The notes under the pieces were generated by a model. That model saw only the letters and a list, made by a program, of their open reading frames with translations. It made no database searches and was not told the origin of the DNA. Source: an uncultured Acidobacteriota bacterium (GTDB lineage: Bacteria > Acidobacteriota > UBA6911). From it: a DNA stretch of 64,000 bases. Position numbers and translations under genes: made by a program. The stretch is taken from NCBI GenBank assembly GCA_963827655.1, contig CAWHCF010000040.1, forward strand, positions 10,472-74,471, written 5' to 3'. Shown here in pieces: positions 1-10,783 of the stretch; the first letter of the stretch is position 1; the number at the start of each line of letters is the position of its first letter.

Positions 1-26
1 GGTTTGCCCGGGACCTGATTGATCTT

Positions 27-806
27 ATGTTCCCCCAAAAAGGCGAAGCCGCGCTCGACATCGCCGGCGGTACCGGAGCAGCAGGTTTAAAGGTCGCAGA
101 ACGGATCGGACAAGACGGAAACGTGACCATCACCGATATCTCTCCGGGAATGCTCGAACAGGCCAGGAAGAATGCCGCGGCGCGCGACCTGTCGAATGTA
201 AAAACCCTCGTGATGGATGCGGAGCGCCTCGATTTTCCCGACGCCACCTTCGACATCGTCACCTGCTCGATGGGAATCATGTTTGTTCCAAACGTAAGAC
301 TGGCCATCTTGGAAGCCTGCAGAGTCCTCAAGCCCGGCGGGAGAATAGGTTACACCGTCTGGAGCGTTCCGGAACGGTTTCCTTTCTTCGCCTGTCCCAT
401 GACCGCAGTCATAAAGCGAGCGGCGCCGGCTCCCATTCGCCTTCTGCTGCGCGCGCCGGTTATCGGCTCCGCAGTTCTCAGAAAGCTCCTGGTTTCAAAC
501 CTGGCATCAGGCTTCTCTCCGGCGCGCTTCAGCGCGACGGGGAGTCTGGAAAAACATCTGACCCGCGCTGGTTTTCAATCGGTGCGCCGGGAGCTGCGCG
601 CCTATCCGCTCGAGTTCAGGAGCTTCGAAGAATTCTGGGATACTATTACCAAGGGGACGCCTGCCCGAGCGCTGAGGACCCGGCTGCCGGCCACGATGAT
701 CGCGGAAGTAAAGGAAGAAGTCCGCGCTCATATGATGAATCCGACGACCGGCGCTCTCTACTTTCATAACGAGGCTGCGCTCGTTCTGGCGAGAAAGCCG
801 GCTTAG
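27..806 (+). CDS. Class I SAM-dependent methyltransferase (UbiE-like); frame is open to the window edge, so probably 5'-truncated
   Basis: LDIAGGTG SAM motif I; DISPGML, MDAERLDFPDATFD and RVLKPGG motifs. Confidence 0.85.
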   Translation: MFPQKGEAALDIAGGTGAAGLKVAERIGQDGNVTITDISPGMLEQARKNAAARDLSNVKTLVMDAERLDFPDATFDIVTCSMGIMFVPNVRLAILEACRVLKPGGRIGYTVWSVPERFPFFACPMTAVIKRAAPAPIRLLLRAPVIGSAVLRKLLVSNLASGFSPARFSATGSLEKHLTRAGFQSVRRELRAYPLEFRSFEEFWDTITKGTPARALRTRLPATMIAEVKEEVRAHMMNPTTGALYFHNEAALVLARKPA

Positions 807-1038
807 GGCTCGCGCAGAAATAACTTCACATTCTGGCGCGAGAGTCGGTTGTCAATCATGAACCGGTTTCTGTTTGCTAAGCATGCTGAGGATCGCGCCC
901 CTTCGGGCTGCGGCCCGCAGGCCCGCTGGCTTTGTTGCTCGCTCCTCACGTACCGCACCGGGTACGCATCGTCGCTCGCGCCTCGCCAGCGGGCCTGGGG
1001 GCCTGCAGCAGAATGCGAACTTATTTCTGCGCGAACCC
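806..1038. mobile_element. MITE-like element with ~30-bp imperfect terminal inverted repeats and TTA target duplication
   Basis: GGGCTCGCGCAGAAATAACTTCACATTCTG at 806 is mirrored by CAGAATGCGAACTTATTTCTGCGCGAACCC ending at 1038; TTA at 803-805 and 1039-1041. Confidence 0.75.
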
Positions 1039-1276
1039 TTAGCTTCCATCTTTCCGGTCCGAGAAAATCAACCATAAAATACCAGGGCACGAAGAAACTC
1101 CGAGACCCTCTTGCGAGCGTGGAGACAAAACCCTATCCTTGGACCGGCTTGCCATGAAACGGAATGCCCACGCGCGCAGCGTCGTCTAAGGATGAAGGGC
1201 GCCGTGATGAATCACGGACCCAGTTGGTCGGCGGGGGACCCGTAAGCCTTCTCAATCGCCAGGGAGAAGAGCCCAG

Positions 1277-1624
1277 ATGTACCGAGGGCGTGAGGGGATG
1301 TGGTCGTATTTTTTCCACCGCGTAAGCGGCGTCGGAATACTGATCTTTCTCCTGGCTCACATCGTCGACACGATGCTGCTCGGCTGGGGGCCGGAAGTAT
1401 ATGACAAGGTCGTAAAACTGTACGCGCACCCCGCCTTCATGGTGGGCGAGATCGCGCTGCTGGCGGGCGTCCTCTACCATGCTCTCAACGGCATCCGCAT
1501 CTTCATCATAGACTTTACTTCTTTGGCAAGCCGGATTCAGCAGCGTCTCTTCTGGATCGAAATCGTGGTCTTTTTTATCCTCTTCGTTCCCGCGGCCTAC
1601 ATCATGATACGGTCGGTGCTGTAG
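1277..1624 (+). CDS. sdhC: Succinate dehydrogenase cytochrome b556 subunit
   Basis: MYRGREGMWS..HRVSG and YHALNGIR motifs; three TM helices; operon position. Confidence 0.92.
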   Translation: MYRGREGMWSYFFHRVSGVGILIFLLAHIVDTMLLGWGPEVYDKVVKLYAHPAFMVGEIALLAGVLYHALNGIRIFIIDFTSLASRIQQRLFWIEIVVFFILFVPAAYIMIRSVL

Positions 1625-1643
1625 ATCTTCGGAAGGCGAGCAC

Positions 1644-2042
1644 ATGACGATAGATCAGGGAAGAAGGACACGACCGGCCGGCGGGCTGGAGCTTTACGCA
1701 TGGCTCTTTATGCGCGTCTCGGGACTCACCTTGATTGTCATGGTACTCATTCACTTTGCCATCATGCATGTCATCAACGACATTCAGGACATTAATTTCG
1801 CCTTTGTGGTCAAACGATTCGCTACCCCATTCTGGATTAGCTACGACCTGGTCATGCTGGTCCTGGCCTTGTTCCACGGCCTGAACGGCTTGCGCACCAT
1901 CATCGACGACTACGTGAAGTCGAGGCCCTGGCGCGTGATGTGGCTCTCGGCTCTGTACGTCGTCGGATTGGTTTTTCTTGTCGTTGGTACGGTGACGCTG
2001 GTTACTTTCAGACCCGATGCCGGCCGCGCCATCGGGCAATAG
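1644..2042 (+). CDS. sdhD: Succinate dehydrogenase membrane anchor subunit
   Basis: WLFMRVSG and HGLNGLRTIIDDY motifs. Confidence 0.9.
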   Translation: MTIDQGRRTRPAGGLELYAWLFMRVSGLTLIVMVLIHFAIMHVINDIQDINFAFVVKRFATPFWISYDLVMLVLALFHGLNGLRTIIDDYVKSRPWRVMWLSALYVVGLVFLVVGTVTLVTFRPDAGRAIGQ

Positions 2043-2056
2043 CGTAGAGGATTCCC

Positions 2057-3793
2057 GTGGACGAAGTGACCCTGCACAAGTTTGACGTAGTCATCGTGGG
2101 CGCTGGAGGCGCCGGCCTGATGGCCGCACTGGAGGCTTCCAAGGCTGCGCGCGTTGTCGTGGTGAGCAAGCTCTACCCCACGCGGTCACATACCGGCGCG
2201 GCGCAGGGTGGCATCGGGGCGGCTCTGGGAAATGTCGAACACGACAACTGGGAATGGCACATGTTCGATACCTGCAAAGGCGGCGATTACCTCTGTGACC
2301 AGGATGCCGTGGAGATTCTGGCGCGGGAGGCCATTGAAACCGTATACGACCTGGAACACATGGGGCTTCCGTTCAATCGGACGCCGGACGGGAAAATCGA
2401 TCAGCGCCCCTTTGGCGGGCACACTCGAGACTTCGGTAAAGCGCCCGTGAAACGGGCCTGTTACGCGGCCGATCGCACGGGGCACATGATCCTGCAGACG
2501 CTTTACCAGCAGTGCCTGAAGAACGACGTCCACTTCTTGAATGAATACTACGTCCTGGACCTGATCTTTACCGACAAGGTCTGCAGGGGAATCGTCGCCT
2601 ATCGCCTGGCTACCGGGGACTTGCATATCATTGAAGCCAAGGCGGTCATGTTCGCTACCGGGGGTTATGGCCGCGTCTTCAAGATCACGAGCAATGCCCA
2701 TGCCTCGACCGGAGACGGAATGGCCATTGCCTTCCGCCAGGGGATTCCGCTGGAAGACATGGAGTTCTTCCAGTTTCACCCGACGGGCATCTACAAGATG
2801 GGGATATTGATCACGGAAGGGGCGCGCGGCGAGGGAGGCGTTCTCCTCAACGACAAGGGAGAACGCTTCATGGAAAGGTACGCTCCCACGTTGAAGGATC
2901 TGGCGGCAAGAGACGTGGTATCGCGCGCCATCTATACCGAAATCCAGGAAGGGAGGGGCATCCAAGGAAAGGACTATGTCTACCTCGATCTCCGGCATCT
3001 GGGCCAATCCGTGATTGAGACCAAACTTCCCGATATTGCGGACTTTGTGCGGACCTATATGGGGCTGGAGCCTTCGCGCGATCTGATTCCGACACAGCCG
3101 ACGGCCCACTACTGTATGGGAGGAATACCAACTGACGTAGAGGGCCGCGTGGTGATGGATGAGAAGAATACCGTGGCGCCGGGTTTTTATGCGGCGGGTG
3201 AATGCGCCTGCGTTTCCGTTCATGGCGCGAATCGGCTGGGCACGAACTCGCTCGTCGACATTCTGGTTTTCGGCCGCCGGGCCGGTCGTCACATGCTGAG
3301 ATACCTGCCGCAGGCCGAGCCCCTGCCGCTGCCGTTACAACCCGAAGAAGCGGCACAAGCGAACATCGCAAGACTCCTGAAAGGCAAAGGGAAGGAAAGC
3401 GCCGTGGGAATCCGAGAGAGCCTGCAGGAGAATATGATGAGTCTGGTCGGGGTTTACCGGGAAGAGACGCAGATGAAGCAGATGATCGACAAAATCGGGG
3501 AGCTGCGCTCACGCTACGCCGATGTGAAGGTCCAGAACCAGGGGAAGAAGTTCAATACGGAGCTGGTTCAGGCGGTCGAATTGGGATACTTGATCGATAC
3601 CGCTGAGGCGACTGCGGTAGCGGCGCTGGCGCGCCAGGAGAGCCGGGGCGGGCATTCTCGACGAGACTATCCCAAGCGGGACGATGCCAACTGGCTCAAG
3701 CACAGCCTGGTCTACACCAGCTCGCGGGGAACTGAGCTGAAATACAAACCGGTGGTGATCACACGTTTTCCCCCCAAGGAAAGAGTCTACTGA
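2057..3793 (+). CDS. sdhA: Succinate dehydrogenase flavoprotein subunit
   Basis: [16 protein letters not shown] (covalent FAD His), [17 protein letters not shown]. Confidence 0.96.
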   Translation: MDEVTLHKFDVVIVGAGGAGLMAALEASKAARVVVVSKLYPTRSHTGAAQGGIGAALGNVEHDNWEWHMFDTCKGGDYLCDQDAVEILAREAIETVYDLEHMGLPFNRTPDGKIDQRPFGGHTRDFGKAPVKRACYAADRTGHMILQTLYQQCLKNDVHFLNEYYVLDLIFTDKVCRGIVAYRLATGDLHIIEAKAVMFATGGYGRVFKITSNAHASTGDGMAIAFRQGIPLEDMEFFQFHPTGIYKMGILITEGARGEGGVLLNDKGERFMERYAPTLKDLAARDVVSRAIYTEIQEGRGIQGKDYVYLDLRHLGQSVIETKLPDIADFVRTYMGLEPSRDLIPTQPTAHYCMGGIPTDVEGRVVMDEKNTVAPGFYAAGECACVSVHGANRLGTNSLVDILVFGRRAGRHMLRYLPQAEPLPLPLQPEEAAQANIARLLKGKGKESAVGIRESLQENMMSLVGVYREETQMKQMIDKIGELRSRYADVKVQNQGKKFNTELVQAVELGYLIDTAEATAVAALARQESRGGHSRRDYPKRDDANWLKHSLVYTSSRGTELKYKPVVITRFPPKERVY

Positions 3794-3870
3794 TTGCGGA
3801 TTGCGGATTGCGGATTGCAGATTGAAAAGCAAGACAGGCGATTGCGGATTGCAGATTGAAAAGCCGACAG
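3792..3870. repeat. Heptamer tandem repeats (GATTGCG)n with a 25-bp internal direct repeat, between sdhA and sdhB
   Basis: GATTGCG x3, GATTGCA, GATTGAAAAGC; GATTGCGGATTGCAGATTGAAAAGC recurs at 3840. Confidence 0.9.
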
Positions 3871-3895
3871 CGATTCGTAATCCAAACGAGGCCTT

Positions 3896-4594
3896 ATGAA
3901 AATCACGCTTGAAATCCAGCGCTTTGATCCGGAAAAGGACGCTGCCCCGCACATGGCTTCCTATCAGGTGGAAGCAGAGCCGACTGATCTGGTCCTGGAT
4001 GCGCTCCACGAGGTTCTCTGGCATCAAGATGGGACTCTCGCGTTCAGACGGTCCTGCGGTCACGGGGTTTGCGGTAGCGATGCCATGGAGATCAACGGGG
4101 TAAACCGACTGGCCTGTAAGGTCCTGGTAAAGAGCCTCGGGTCGAAGATTACCGTTCGTCCCTTGAGAGGGCTTAAAGTGCTGCGGGACCTGATTGTGGA
4201 TATGGAGTCGTTTTTTGACAAGTACAAAAGAATGAAGCCCTGGCTTATAACCCAAGGAGAAGAACCGGTCAAGGAACGGCTACAGAGCCCGCGTAAGCGC
4301 GCAATTTTCGACGATACGACCAAATGCATTCTCTGCGCAGCCTGCACATCATCCTGCCCGTCTTTCTGGGCCAACGACGAATACGTTGGACCGGCAGCCA
4401 TCGTGGCTGCCCACCGCTTTATCTTTGATAGCAGGGATGAAGCAACCCAAGAACGCCTGGAACTGACGAATGAGAAGACGGGGGTCTGGCGCTGCCGCAC
4501 GGTCTTTAACTGCGTGGAAGCCTGCCCGCGCGATATCGACGTTACCCGGGCGATCGGCGACATCAAACGCGCGATTCTGTACAACAAGACGTAG
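3896..4594 (+). CDS. sdhB: Succinate dehydrogenase iron-sulfur subunit
   Basis: RRSCGHGVCGSD, CILCAACTSSCP, CRTVFNCVEACP. Confidence 0.96.
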   Translation: MKITLEIQRFDPEKDAAPHMASYQVEAEPTDLVLDALHEVLWHQDGTLAFRRSCGHGVCGSDAMEINGVNRLACKVLVKSLGSKITVRPLRGLKVLRDLIVDMESFFDKYKRMKPWLITQGEEPVKERLQSPRKRAIFDDTTKCILCAACTSSCPSFWANDEYVGPAAIVAAHRFIFDSRDEATQERLELTNEKTGVWRCRTVFNCVEACPRDIDVTRAIGDIKRAILYNKT

Positions 4595-4597
4595 AGA

Positions 4598-4686
4598 CAG
4601 CTTTCAGCGATCAGCGTTCAGCTTCTGCTGAACGCCCAGGGTTGCGGGCCGCAGCTGATCGCTGATGGCTGAAAGCTGATTGCTTG
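4598..4686. repeat. Inverted heptamer-repeat hairpin between convergent genes; possible bidirectional terminator
   Basis: CAGCTTT CAGCGAT CAGCGTT CAGC ... GCTGATC GCTGATG GCTGAAA GCTGATT. Confidence 0.7.
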
Positions 4687-4745
4687 AAAGAAATCTGAGA
4701 GATGAATTCTCGGATGACCGGCCTGGAATTGCCTGGAATCCAATA

Positions 4746-5102
4746 TTAGTCGTCCGTGACGGGGCGGGTTACGGGAGCGTCGACGTAGCGCAGGACCGTG
4801 TGATTGGTAACGGAGCCGAACCAGCGTTCCCTGAACTCCTTTCCCTCGTCCGACATGAGCCATTGGCGGAAGTGGTCCGAATGCTGCTGATCCGGCCAGA
4901 ATGCCTCGTTGAGGTACTTCGGACGCCGCTCCGCCTTTCCTCTTTCATAATCACCGCGGATCCCATCGATGAAGACCCAGGTCTTACGCTCGAGGCAGCC
5001 AAAGCGACTGGTGATTTCATCGAGACGGCTGTCGAGCCAGTTGATAAAGGATTCCTCGACGACGCCGGGCTTGAGGTCGAAAGAGTGGATTACTCTGAGC
5101 AT
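4746..5102 (-). CDS. Hypothetical protein, dimeric alpha+beta barrel (EthD/ABM-like)
   Basis: AGGAGG RBS before ATG at 5102; FDLKPGV..F..W N-terminus typical of the fold. Confidence 0.6.
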   Translation of the reverse strand: MLRVIHSFDLKPGVVEESFINWLDSRLDEITSRFGCLERKTWVFIDGIRGDYERGKAERRPKYLNEAFWPDQQHSDHFRQWLMSDEGKEFRERWFGSVTNHTVLRYVDAPVTRPVTDD

Positions 5103-5186
5103 GACACCCTCCTGATGTGGCGAATGCGGCGCACAAATCAGCCGCGAAGACTCCAAGGGGCGAAGAAACGCTCCATCACGAACCTA

Positions 5187-5537
5187 CTAAGGGATGCTCC
5201 ACAACGTCACTGCAGCGGCGACAGTCCCCAGTAGAGCACCGCCGTAGCACATGATCACGATGAGCAAGGTAAGGTGTTTCAGCTTAAGCCCATCATACAG
5301 CGTGTAGCGAAAGCGGTGAGCTCCGTGAAAGAGAGGGAGAGAAATCAGCACGAAGAGATAGATCCGTGCCAGAGGGTGTCTCACCAGGTTCAGAAGAGAT
5401 TCGTAACCTGGCGCTTCTATCCAGCCCAGGGGGAATGCCAGTCCGGTCAGGAAAAGATGGATCGGGAATAATACCGCCGCAACCGTCCCTCCGACACTAA
5501 ACAGAGCCCAAAGGCAGGGTGTTATGTCTCTGCGCAT
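5187..5537 (-). CDS. frdD: Fumarate reductase anchor subunit D
   Basis: WALFSVGG and LFHGAHRFRYTLYDGL motifs. Confidence 0.9.
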   Translation of the reverse strand: MRRDITPCLWALFSVGGTVAAVLFPIHLFLTGLAFPLGWIEAPGYESLLNLVRHPLARIYLFVLISLPLFHGAHRFRYTLYDGLKLKHLTLLIVIMCYGGALLGTVAAAVTLWSIP

Positions 5538-5954
5538 CTAGCCTCGCAGGAAAAACCAGGCCACAGCGACGGAAGCCACGACCCAGGCAAGATAGTTCAG
5601 CGCCACGATAACAAAATCAGGCACCCGCTTGCCGCCGAGGCGCAGCACCATCGCCTTGGGAGCCAGGTTGAACCAGGTAATGGCGTGGAACAGAACAAAG
5701 AAAAACGCGACCACATGGAGAGTGAGGAATAACGGGCTTTCAAGCCGGGCCATGAAATCGGCGTAAGCATCGGGTCCCGAGACCAGGGCTCGAAGCTGCC
5801 ATAGATAGATGATGGCAAAAAAGGCGACGAAGACGCTGGTGATCTCCCGCAAGACAAACTTGGTATAGGACCAGTTCTCGAGCCACCACCACACCGAGAC
5901 GGCGCGGCGGTACCACTTGGGGTGATAGAGGGTGTACTGAACCGGCGCGCTCAT
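5538..5954 (-). CDS. frdC: Fumarate reductase anchor subunit C
   Basis: [12 protein letters not shown] and [11 protein letters not shown] motifs; start MSAPVQ overlaps the frdB stop. Confidence 0.9.
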   Translation of the reverse strand: MSAPVQYTLYHPKWYRRAVSVWWWLENWSYTKFVLREITSVFVAFFAIIYLWQLRALVSGPDAYADFMARLESPLFLTLHVVAFFFVLFHAITWFNLAPKAMVLRLGGKRVPDFVIVALNYLAWVVASVAVAWFFLRG

Positions 5955-6712
5955 TGACCTCCTTTGGGGAAGAGCCAGGACTTGAACCATTCGGCCGCGC
6001 CCGCCAGTTTATACTGCTGGATGGCCCCGGCCGGGTCGACCCCTTTAGGACAGGCCTTGGTGCATTCGCCGACGAAGGTGCACTGCCAGATGCCGTCGTG
6101 CGCCGAGCAAATCTCCATGCGTTCCTGGGCCGCCTGGTCTCGCGTGTCGTTGTTATACCGTTGAGCCAGCGCGATGGCGGCAGGACCGATGAAGCTCGGC
6201 TCCAATCCATAAACCGGACATGCGGCATAACACAGCGTACAGTTGATGCAGGCGCTGAAGTGCTTGTAGATATCCAACTGGTCGGGTGTTTGCAGGTACT
6301 CTCCCTGGGCGAGCGGCTTCTCTTCCTTTCGAATGATCCAGGGCTTCACTTTCTTGAGCTTTCTCATGAAGTCCGTGATATCGACCACCAGATCCCGAAT
6401 GATGGGGAAGTAGCGCAAGGGTTCGACCCGAATCGGCCCGGGCAGGCTCTCCGAAAGGAAAGCGGCGCACGTCAGTTTCGGCGTGCCGTTCACCATCATC
6501 CCGCAACTGCCGCAAACGCCCATGCGGCACGACCAGCGGTAAGAAAGCGACCCGTCCAGGTTGTCCTTGATGTAGTTGAGGGCATCCAGAACTACCCAGT
6601 CCTTACGAAACGGAACTTCGTACGACTGAAAGGTGGGTTCCGATTCCTCTTCGGGGCGGTAACGCAAAAGAGTGAGTCGTACGGAAGACGCCACTTTTTC
6701 TCTACCTCCCAT
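5951..6712 (-). CDS. frdB: Fumarate reductase iron-sulfur subunit (alternative GTG start at 6694)
   Basis: [42 protein letters not shown]. Confidence 0.94.
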   Translation of the reverse strand: MGGREKVASSVRLTLLRYRPEEESEPTFQSYEVPFRKDWVVLDALNYIKDNLDGSLSYRWSCRMGVCGSCGMMVNGTPKLTCAAFLSESLPGPIRVEPLRYFPIIRDLVVDITDFMRKLKKVKPWIIRKEEKPLAQGEYLQTPDQLDIYKHFSACINCTLCYAACPVYGLEPSFIGPAAIALAQRYNNDTRDQAAQERMEICSAHDGIWQCTFVGECTKACPKGVDPAGAIQQYKLAGAAEWFKSWLFPKGGQ

Positions 6713-8444
6713 ATACCCGTTTTCCGGGTGGCCAGCGTGTGATGGTTACGGGCAAATAGTCGATCCGAGGATACTCACTCTCACTCCGATAGGCGAGCGA
6801 ATGGGCCAGGAACTCGGTGTCGTCCCTCTGAGGATGATCGGTGCGCTGATGCGAGCCGCGGGACTCGGTGCGCTTCAAGGCGGATTGGACGATGGTCTCC
6901 GCCAAATCGAGCATGTAGCCGAGTTCGAGGGCCGCGGTCAATTCCGTGTTGAACGTGTAACTGTGATCGTCCAGCTGGAGGTCAGCGCTTCTTTCCTGCA
7001 GGCTCCGCAGCTTAGCGGCCGCTTGTTCCAGCTCGGCGCCCGATCGATAAATTCCCGCGCTCTCTTCCATGATTCTCTGCATCTCGGCGCGCAGGCCCGC
7101 AATCCGCTCACGGCCCCCGCTCTTGCGCAGAAGATTCGTTTCCAGTCGCTTTTGTTCGTCCCGAGCCAGTGCCAGGGCCGGCACGGTTCGAGCATTGTGT
7201 TCCGAAGCATATGCCGCGGCTGCCTTTCCCGCCCTCGCTCCGAATACCAGGCATTCGGTGAGCGAGTTTGAGCCCAGCCGGTTGGCTCCGTTGATGCTCA
7301 CGCACGCAACCTCACCGGCCGCGTAAAGACCGTGAAGAGGTGTGGCCCCGCGCAGGTCGGTGTGGATCCCTCCCATCATGTAATGGACCACCGGGCGGAC
7401 GGGAATCATTTCTTTGACAGGATCAAGGTTCACATACTTCAGGCACAGTTCCCGGACGAAAGGGAGCTTCTTGTCGATGATCTCGTCTCCAAGGTGGCGT
7501 AGATCCAAATGGACATAGTCTCCGTACGGGCCTTTGAGCGTGCGCCCCTTTTCCTGTTCCTTCACGAAAGCCTGGGACAGCCGATCGCGGGGACCCAGCT
7601 CCATGGAACGCAACACCGGCTTCGGTTCCGGCTTGCCCAGGTCGTAGTCCTGCAGATAGCGATAGCCGTCCTTGTTGAGCAGCCACCCTCCCTCGGCACG
7701 CGACCCTTCCGTAATCAGGATGCCGGTAAACGGAAGTCCGGTGGGATGGTACTGGACAAATTCCATGTCCTTCAGCGGCGCGCCCGCGCGGTAGGCGAGC
7801 GCCATGCCGTCGCCATTCTTGATGTTGGCATTGGTGGTGAATGGAAATACCTTTCCACATCCTCCGGTGCACAGTATGACCGCTCCCGCCGTGATGGCCT
7901 CGATGTGTCCCGTAGCGATCTCGATTGCCACCACGCCATGGCATCGCCCGTCGTCGACCAGAAGCTTGGTGACGAACCATTCGTCGTAACGGTGGATGCT
8001 GTCGTATTTGAGGCAGGTCTGAAACAGAGTGTGGAGCATGTGAAAGCCGGTCTTGTCGGTGGCAAACCAGGTCCGCTCGGCCTTCATTCCGCCAAATGGG
8101 CGCACGGCGACACGGCCATCGGGCTCCCGGCTCCAGGGGCAGCCCCAGTGCTCCAGTTGCAGCATTTCATCCGGAGCTTCCTTGACGAAGACTTCCACTG
8201 CATCCTGATCGCAAAGCCAGTCGCCGCCGGAAATCGTATCGTAGGCATGCTCGTCCAGGCTGTCCCCGGCCTTGATGACGGCGGCGGCTCCGCCCTCGGC
8301 TGAAACAGTGTGGCTGCGCATGGGATAGACTTTGGAAATTACGGCAACGCGCAGCTTGGGATTCGTTTCCGCGACGGCAATCGCGGCCCGCAATCCTGCG
8401 CCTCCCCCTCCAACCACCAGCACGTCGCAAGCGGATGTATCCAT
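6702..8444 (-). CDS. frdA: Fumarate reductase flavoprotein subunit
   Basis: [39 protein letters not shown], as in E. coli-type FrdA. Confidence 0.94.
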   Translation of the reverse strand: MDTSACDVLVVGGGGAGLRAAIAVAETNPKLRVAVISKVYPMRSHTVSAEGGAAAVIKAGDSLDEHAYDTISGGDWLCDQDAVEVFVKEAPDEMLQLEHWGCPWSREPDGRVAVRPFGGMKAERTWFATDKTGFHMLHTLFQTCLKYDSIHRYDEWFVTKLLVDDGRCHGVVAIEIATGHIEAITAGAVILCTGGCGKVFPFTTNANIKNGDGMALAYRAGAPLKDMEFVQYHPTGLPFTGILITEGSRAEGGWLLNKDGYRYLQDYDLGKPEPKPVLRSMELGPRDRLSQAFVKEQEKGRTLKGPYGDYVHLDLRHLGDEIIDKKLPFVRELCLKYVNLDPVKEMIPVRPVVHYMMGGIHTDLRGATPLHGLYAAGEVACVSINGANRLGSNSLTECLVFGARAGKAAAAYASEHNARTVPALALARDEQKRLETNLLRKSGGRERIAGLRAEMQRIMEESAGIYRSGAELEQAAAKLRSLQERSADLQLDDHSYTFNTELTAALELGYMLDLAETIVQSALKRTESRGSHQRTDHPQRDDTEFLAHSLAYRSESEYPRIDYLPVTITRWPPGKRVYGR

Positions 8445-8460
8445 GGATCTCAGTAAATTC

Positions 8461-8537
8461 GGCGACAGGCTACGCTTTGCCTCTTAGGCTAACCCGAAGT
8501 GCCGGGATGAAATTGGGAAAAGCGTAGCCCTGCCACC
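8461..8537. repeat. REP-like inverted repeat upstream of frdA
   Basis: CAGGCTACGCTTT ... AAAGCGTAGCCCTG. Confidence 0.6.
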
Positions 8538-10198
8538 TAAAAGGCACCGGAGTAGACGTGCGCCTCTTCCCCCCTGTGCCAGTAAGGCGCCGGAATATCC
8601 TCGAGGGGAAGAACCGAATCCGATATGGGCGTACGGCCGAGATGCAGTTTGCGATTGATCAGCCAGCCTGGCAGGTTGGCGAAGTTCATGGCGGGCCAGG
8701 TGAACTGAGGGCCGTGAATTCGCCGGCCTTTCAGGGCCCAGAAAATTGTCATTCCCAACCGGAACCCAAAACGGATTTTGGGGCGTGAGATGGCGATATT
8801 CAGGCTGTACTTCCAGCACGTGAGAATGAATTCCCACTGCAATTCCGAAAGCTCGCGCAGGTGAAGCCCCTTGGCATTGCCGAGCCGCGTCTCTTCGAGC
8901 GGCGTGAAAATAGAGGGGACAAAGAAGAGCTTGTGGTTTCTCAGCTTGTAAATGAGTTCCAACGACTGCTTGACGTCGTCGTCAGTCTCGCCGGGCGATC
9001 CCACCAGGAAAGTACACACCGGATACCACTTGTTCTCGTTCAGGATGGTCAGTCCGTTCACCACGATGTCCTGCCAGTTTTCGACTTTGAACGGGAGAGC
9101 CTTGCCGCGCATGATCTTGTCTGCCAGCCGGGGAGAGCCGGTCTCGATGCCGATCAGGGGACATATGAATCGCTCGTTCGGGTTTGACTTGTGATGCAGG
9201 GCATAAGGCGTCTTGGGCAGGATTATCTGAGAAAGCTCGCGGATCAACTCGGGATCCACCAGCGCAGGCGCGATGGTCGCGTGAGACAGGGCCAGGTACT
9301 CGACGCCCGGGACTCGCGCAATGCTGTCGTAAAGATCGAGGATGGCCTCCCGATTCGGTATGTAAAACGGCATTTTGGCCTGGTAGATGAAAATATCCTC
9401 CGACACCGGAAAGACCATCTTGCCGCCTTCACGAACATTGCCGCGCACCGATTCGAGGATTTTTTCCTTGGGGACCGAGACCCTGGGCTCCAGCGTGGGT
9501 GCGCAGAAGGCGCAGGCGCGACCGCACCCGCGCGTCATCTCCACGATCCCATAGGTGCTGCGCCGTTTCGGCACCACGATTTGTTCCAGCGGCGGATCCG
9601 GCGGCCGGATCACACGGGGAAGGGGCTCGCCGCGCACCGCCTTCAGGAATATGTCTTCGATCACGGCGTCGCCTCGTCCGATCACCACCGTGTCCACACC
9701 CAGTTCCTCGAAGGCGTTCATTTTCTCGATCTGCCAGGCCCCGGCTCCTCCTACGATGACCCGCGGCCGATACTTTTTCATCACGGGGTGCAAGAACATA
9801 GCCCGTGACTCGAGGGCGTTCACCGGGTTCGCGGTCGAGCCCATGATCGAGCTATAGACGCCTGTGGAGAACGACTGGCCGATAGGATTGTGAGCCGCGA
9901 CTCCGACGACCCGGGTTTCCGGACCGACGAACTTGTCGAGATTGTGCGGGTGCGTGACGGCGATGTCTTCAGCGGGGAAGTGCCGCAGCAGAAGTTCCTC
10001 TACAATCCGCAGGCCGTAAGGAACTGCGGAAGCAGTGCCATCCGCATAGTCGTCGGTCAGAAGATCATCCTGATAGAACCGCCGCTTGATGTACTTCGCC
10101 GGTATCGACGCATACATCATCTGGCGCCAGGGAGAAAAGCCTTTCTCGGTGCTTTCAGTCACGGGTGCGGTCAACACGATTTTCTTGCCTTGCGGCAT
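8537..10198 (-). CDS. Radical SAM protein with an N-terminal B12-binding-like domain
   Basis: EMTRGCGRACAFC (CxxxCxxC), IVGGAGAWQ, IGIETGS. Confidence 0.85.
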   Translation of the reverse strand: MPQGKKIVLTAPVTESTEKGFSPWRQMMYASIPAKYIKRRFYQDDLLTDDYADGTASAVPYGLRIVEELLLRHFPAEDIAVTHPHNLDKFVGPETRVVGVAAHNPIGQSFSTGVYSSIMGSTANPVNALESRAMFLHPVMKKYRPRVIVGGAGAWQIEKMNAFEELGVDTVVIGRGDAVIEDIFLKAVRGEPLPRVIRPPDPPLEQIVVPKRRSTYGIVEMTRGCGRACAFCAPTLEPRVSVPKEKILESVRGNVREGGKMVFPVSEDIFIYQAKMPFYIPNREAILDLYDSIARVPGVEYLALSHATIAPALVDPELIRELSQIILPKTPYALHHKSNPNERFICPLIGIETGSPRLADKIMRGKALPFKVENWQDIVVNGLTILNENKWYPVCTFLVGSPGETDDDVKQSLELIYKLRNHKLFFVPSIFTPLEETRLGNAKGLHLRELSELQWEFILTCWKYSLNIAISRPKIRFGFRLGMTIFWALKGRRIHGPQFTWPAMNFANLPGWLINRKLHLGRTPISDSVLPLEDIPAPYWHRGEEAHVYSGAF

Positions 10199-10783
10199 CC
10201 GGAGCCTCCGTAAAACGACAAATGCAATCCCTTCACTGCTTCTTACCTCGAAGCAGCTCTCAACGGGAACCCGACCTGCACAATTTGCGAGATGCTAGCA
10301 TGGTAGTTTGTTAATGCCAAGAACTTGTCTTACATCCCTGATTCGCAGAGTCTTGGGGTCTCTGCCGTCAGTTAACAGAAACACCACCATAGCAGGGCTC
10401 AGGGGCCGCGGCCGCAATCAAAGTGGCGGCCATCCGCGCGCGCCGAAGCGGTCAGCGGTCAGCTGTCAGCGTTCGGGATTACCGACTCGAGCGTTTTGAC
10501 TTCCGTTACATGACGATCGAGTCGAACATCTTCCCTGGCGATCGGATATCCGCAAACGGGCATGGTCATTATAAGCACTACTAAGTGAGCACGACCAGGC
10601 TTCGAGAAGTCAACGTCCTGGAGTTGCCAGCGTAGAACATTGTCCTACAACACGAATTTACAGGTGTGTAATACAACAAGCCAAAGATGCGAGGTCCACC
10701 GGCAGCTATTGTGAAGTCGCGAGGGGTGCTGTATAAGACTGACGGCGATTTCCAACCCAATCTTTGAACGGGAGATCATTCTT

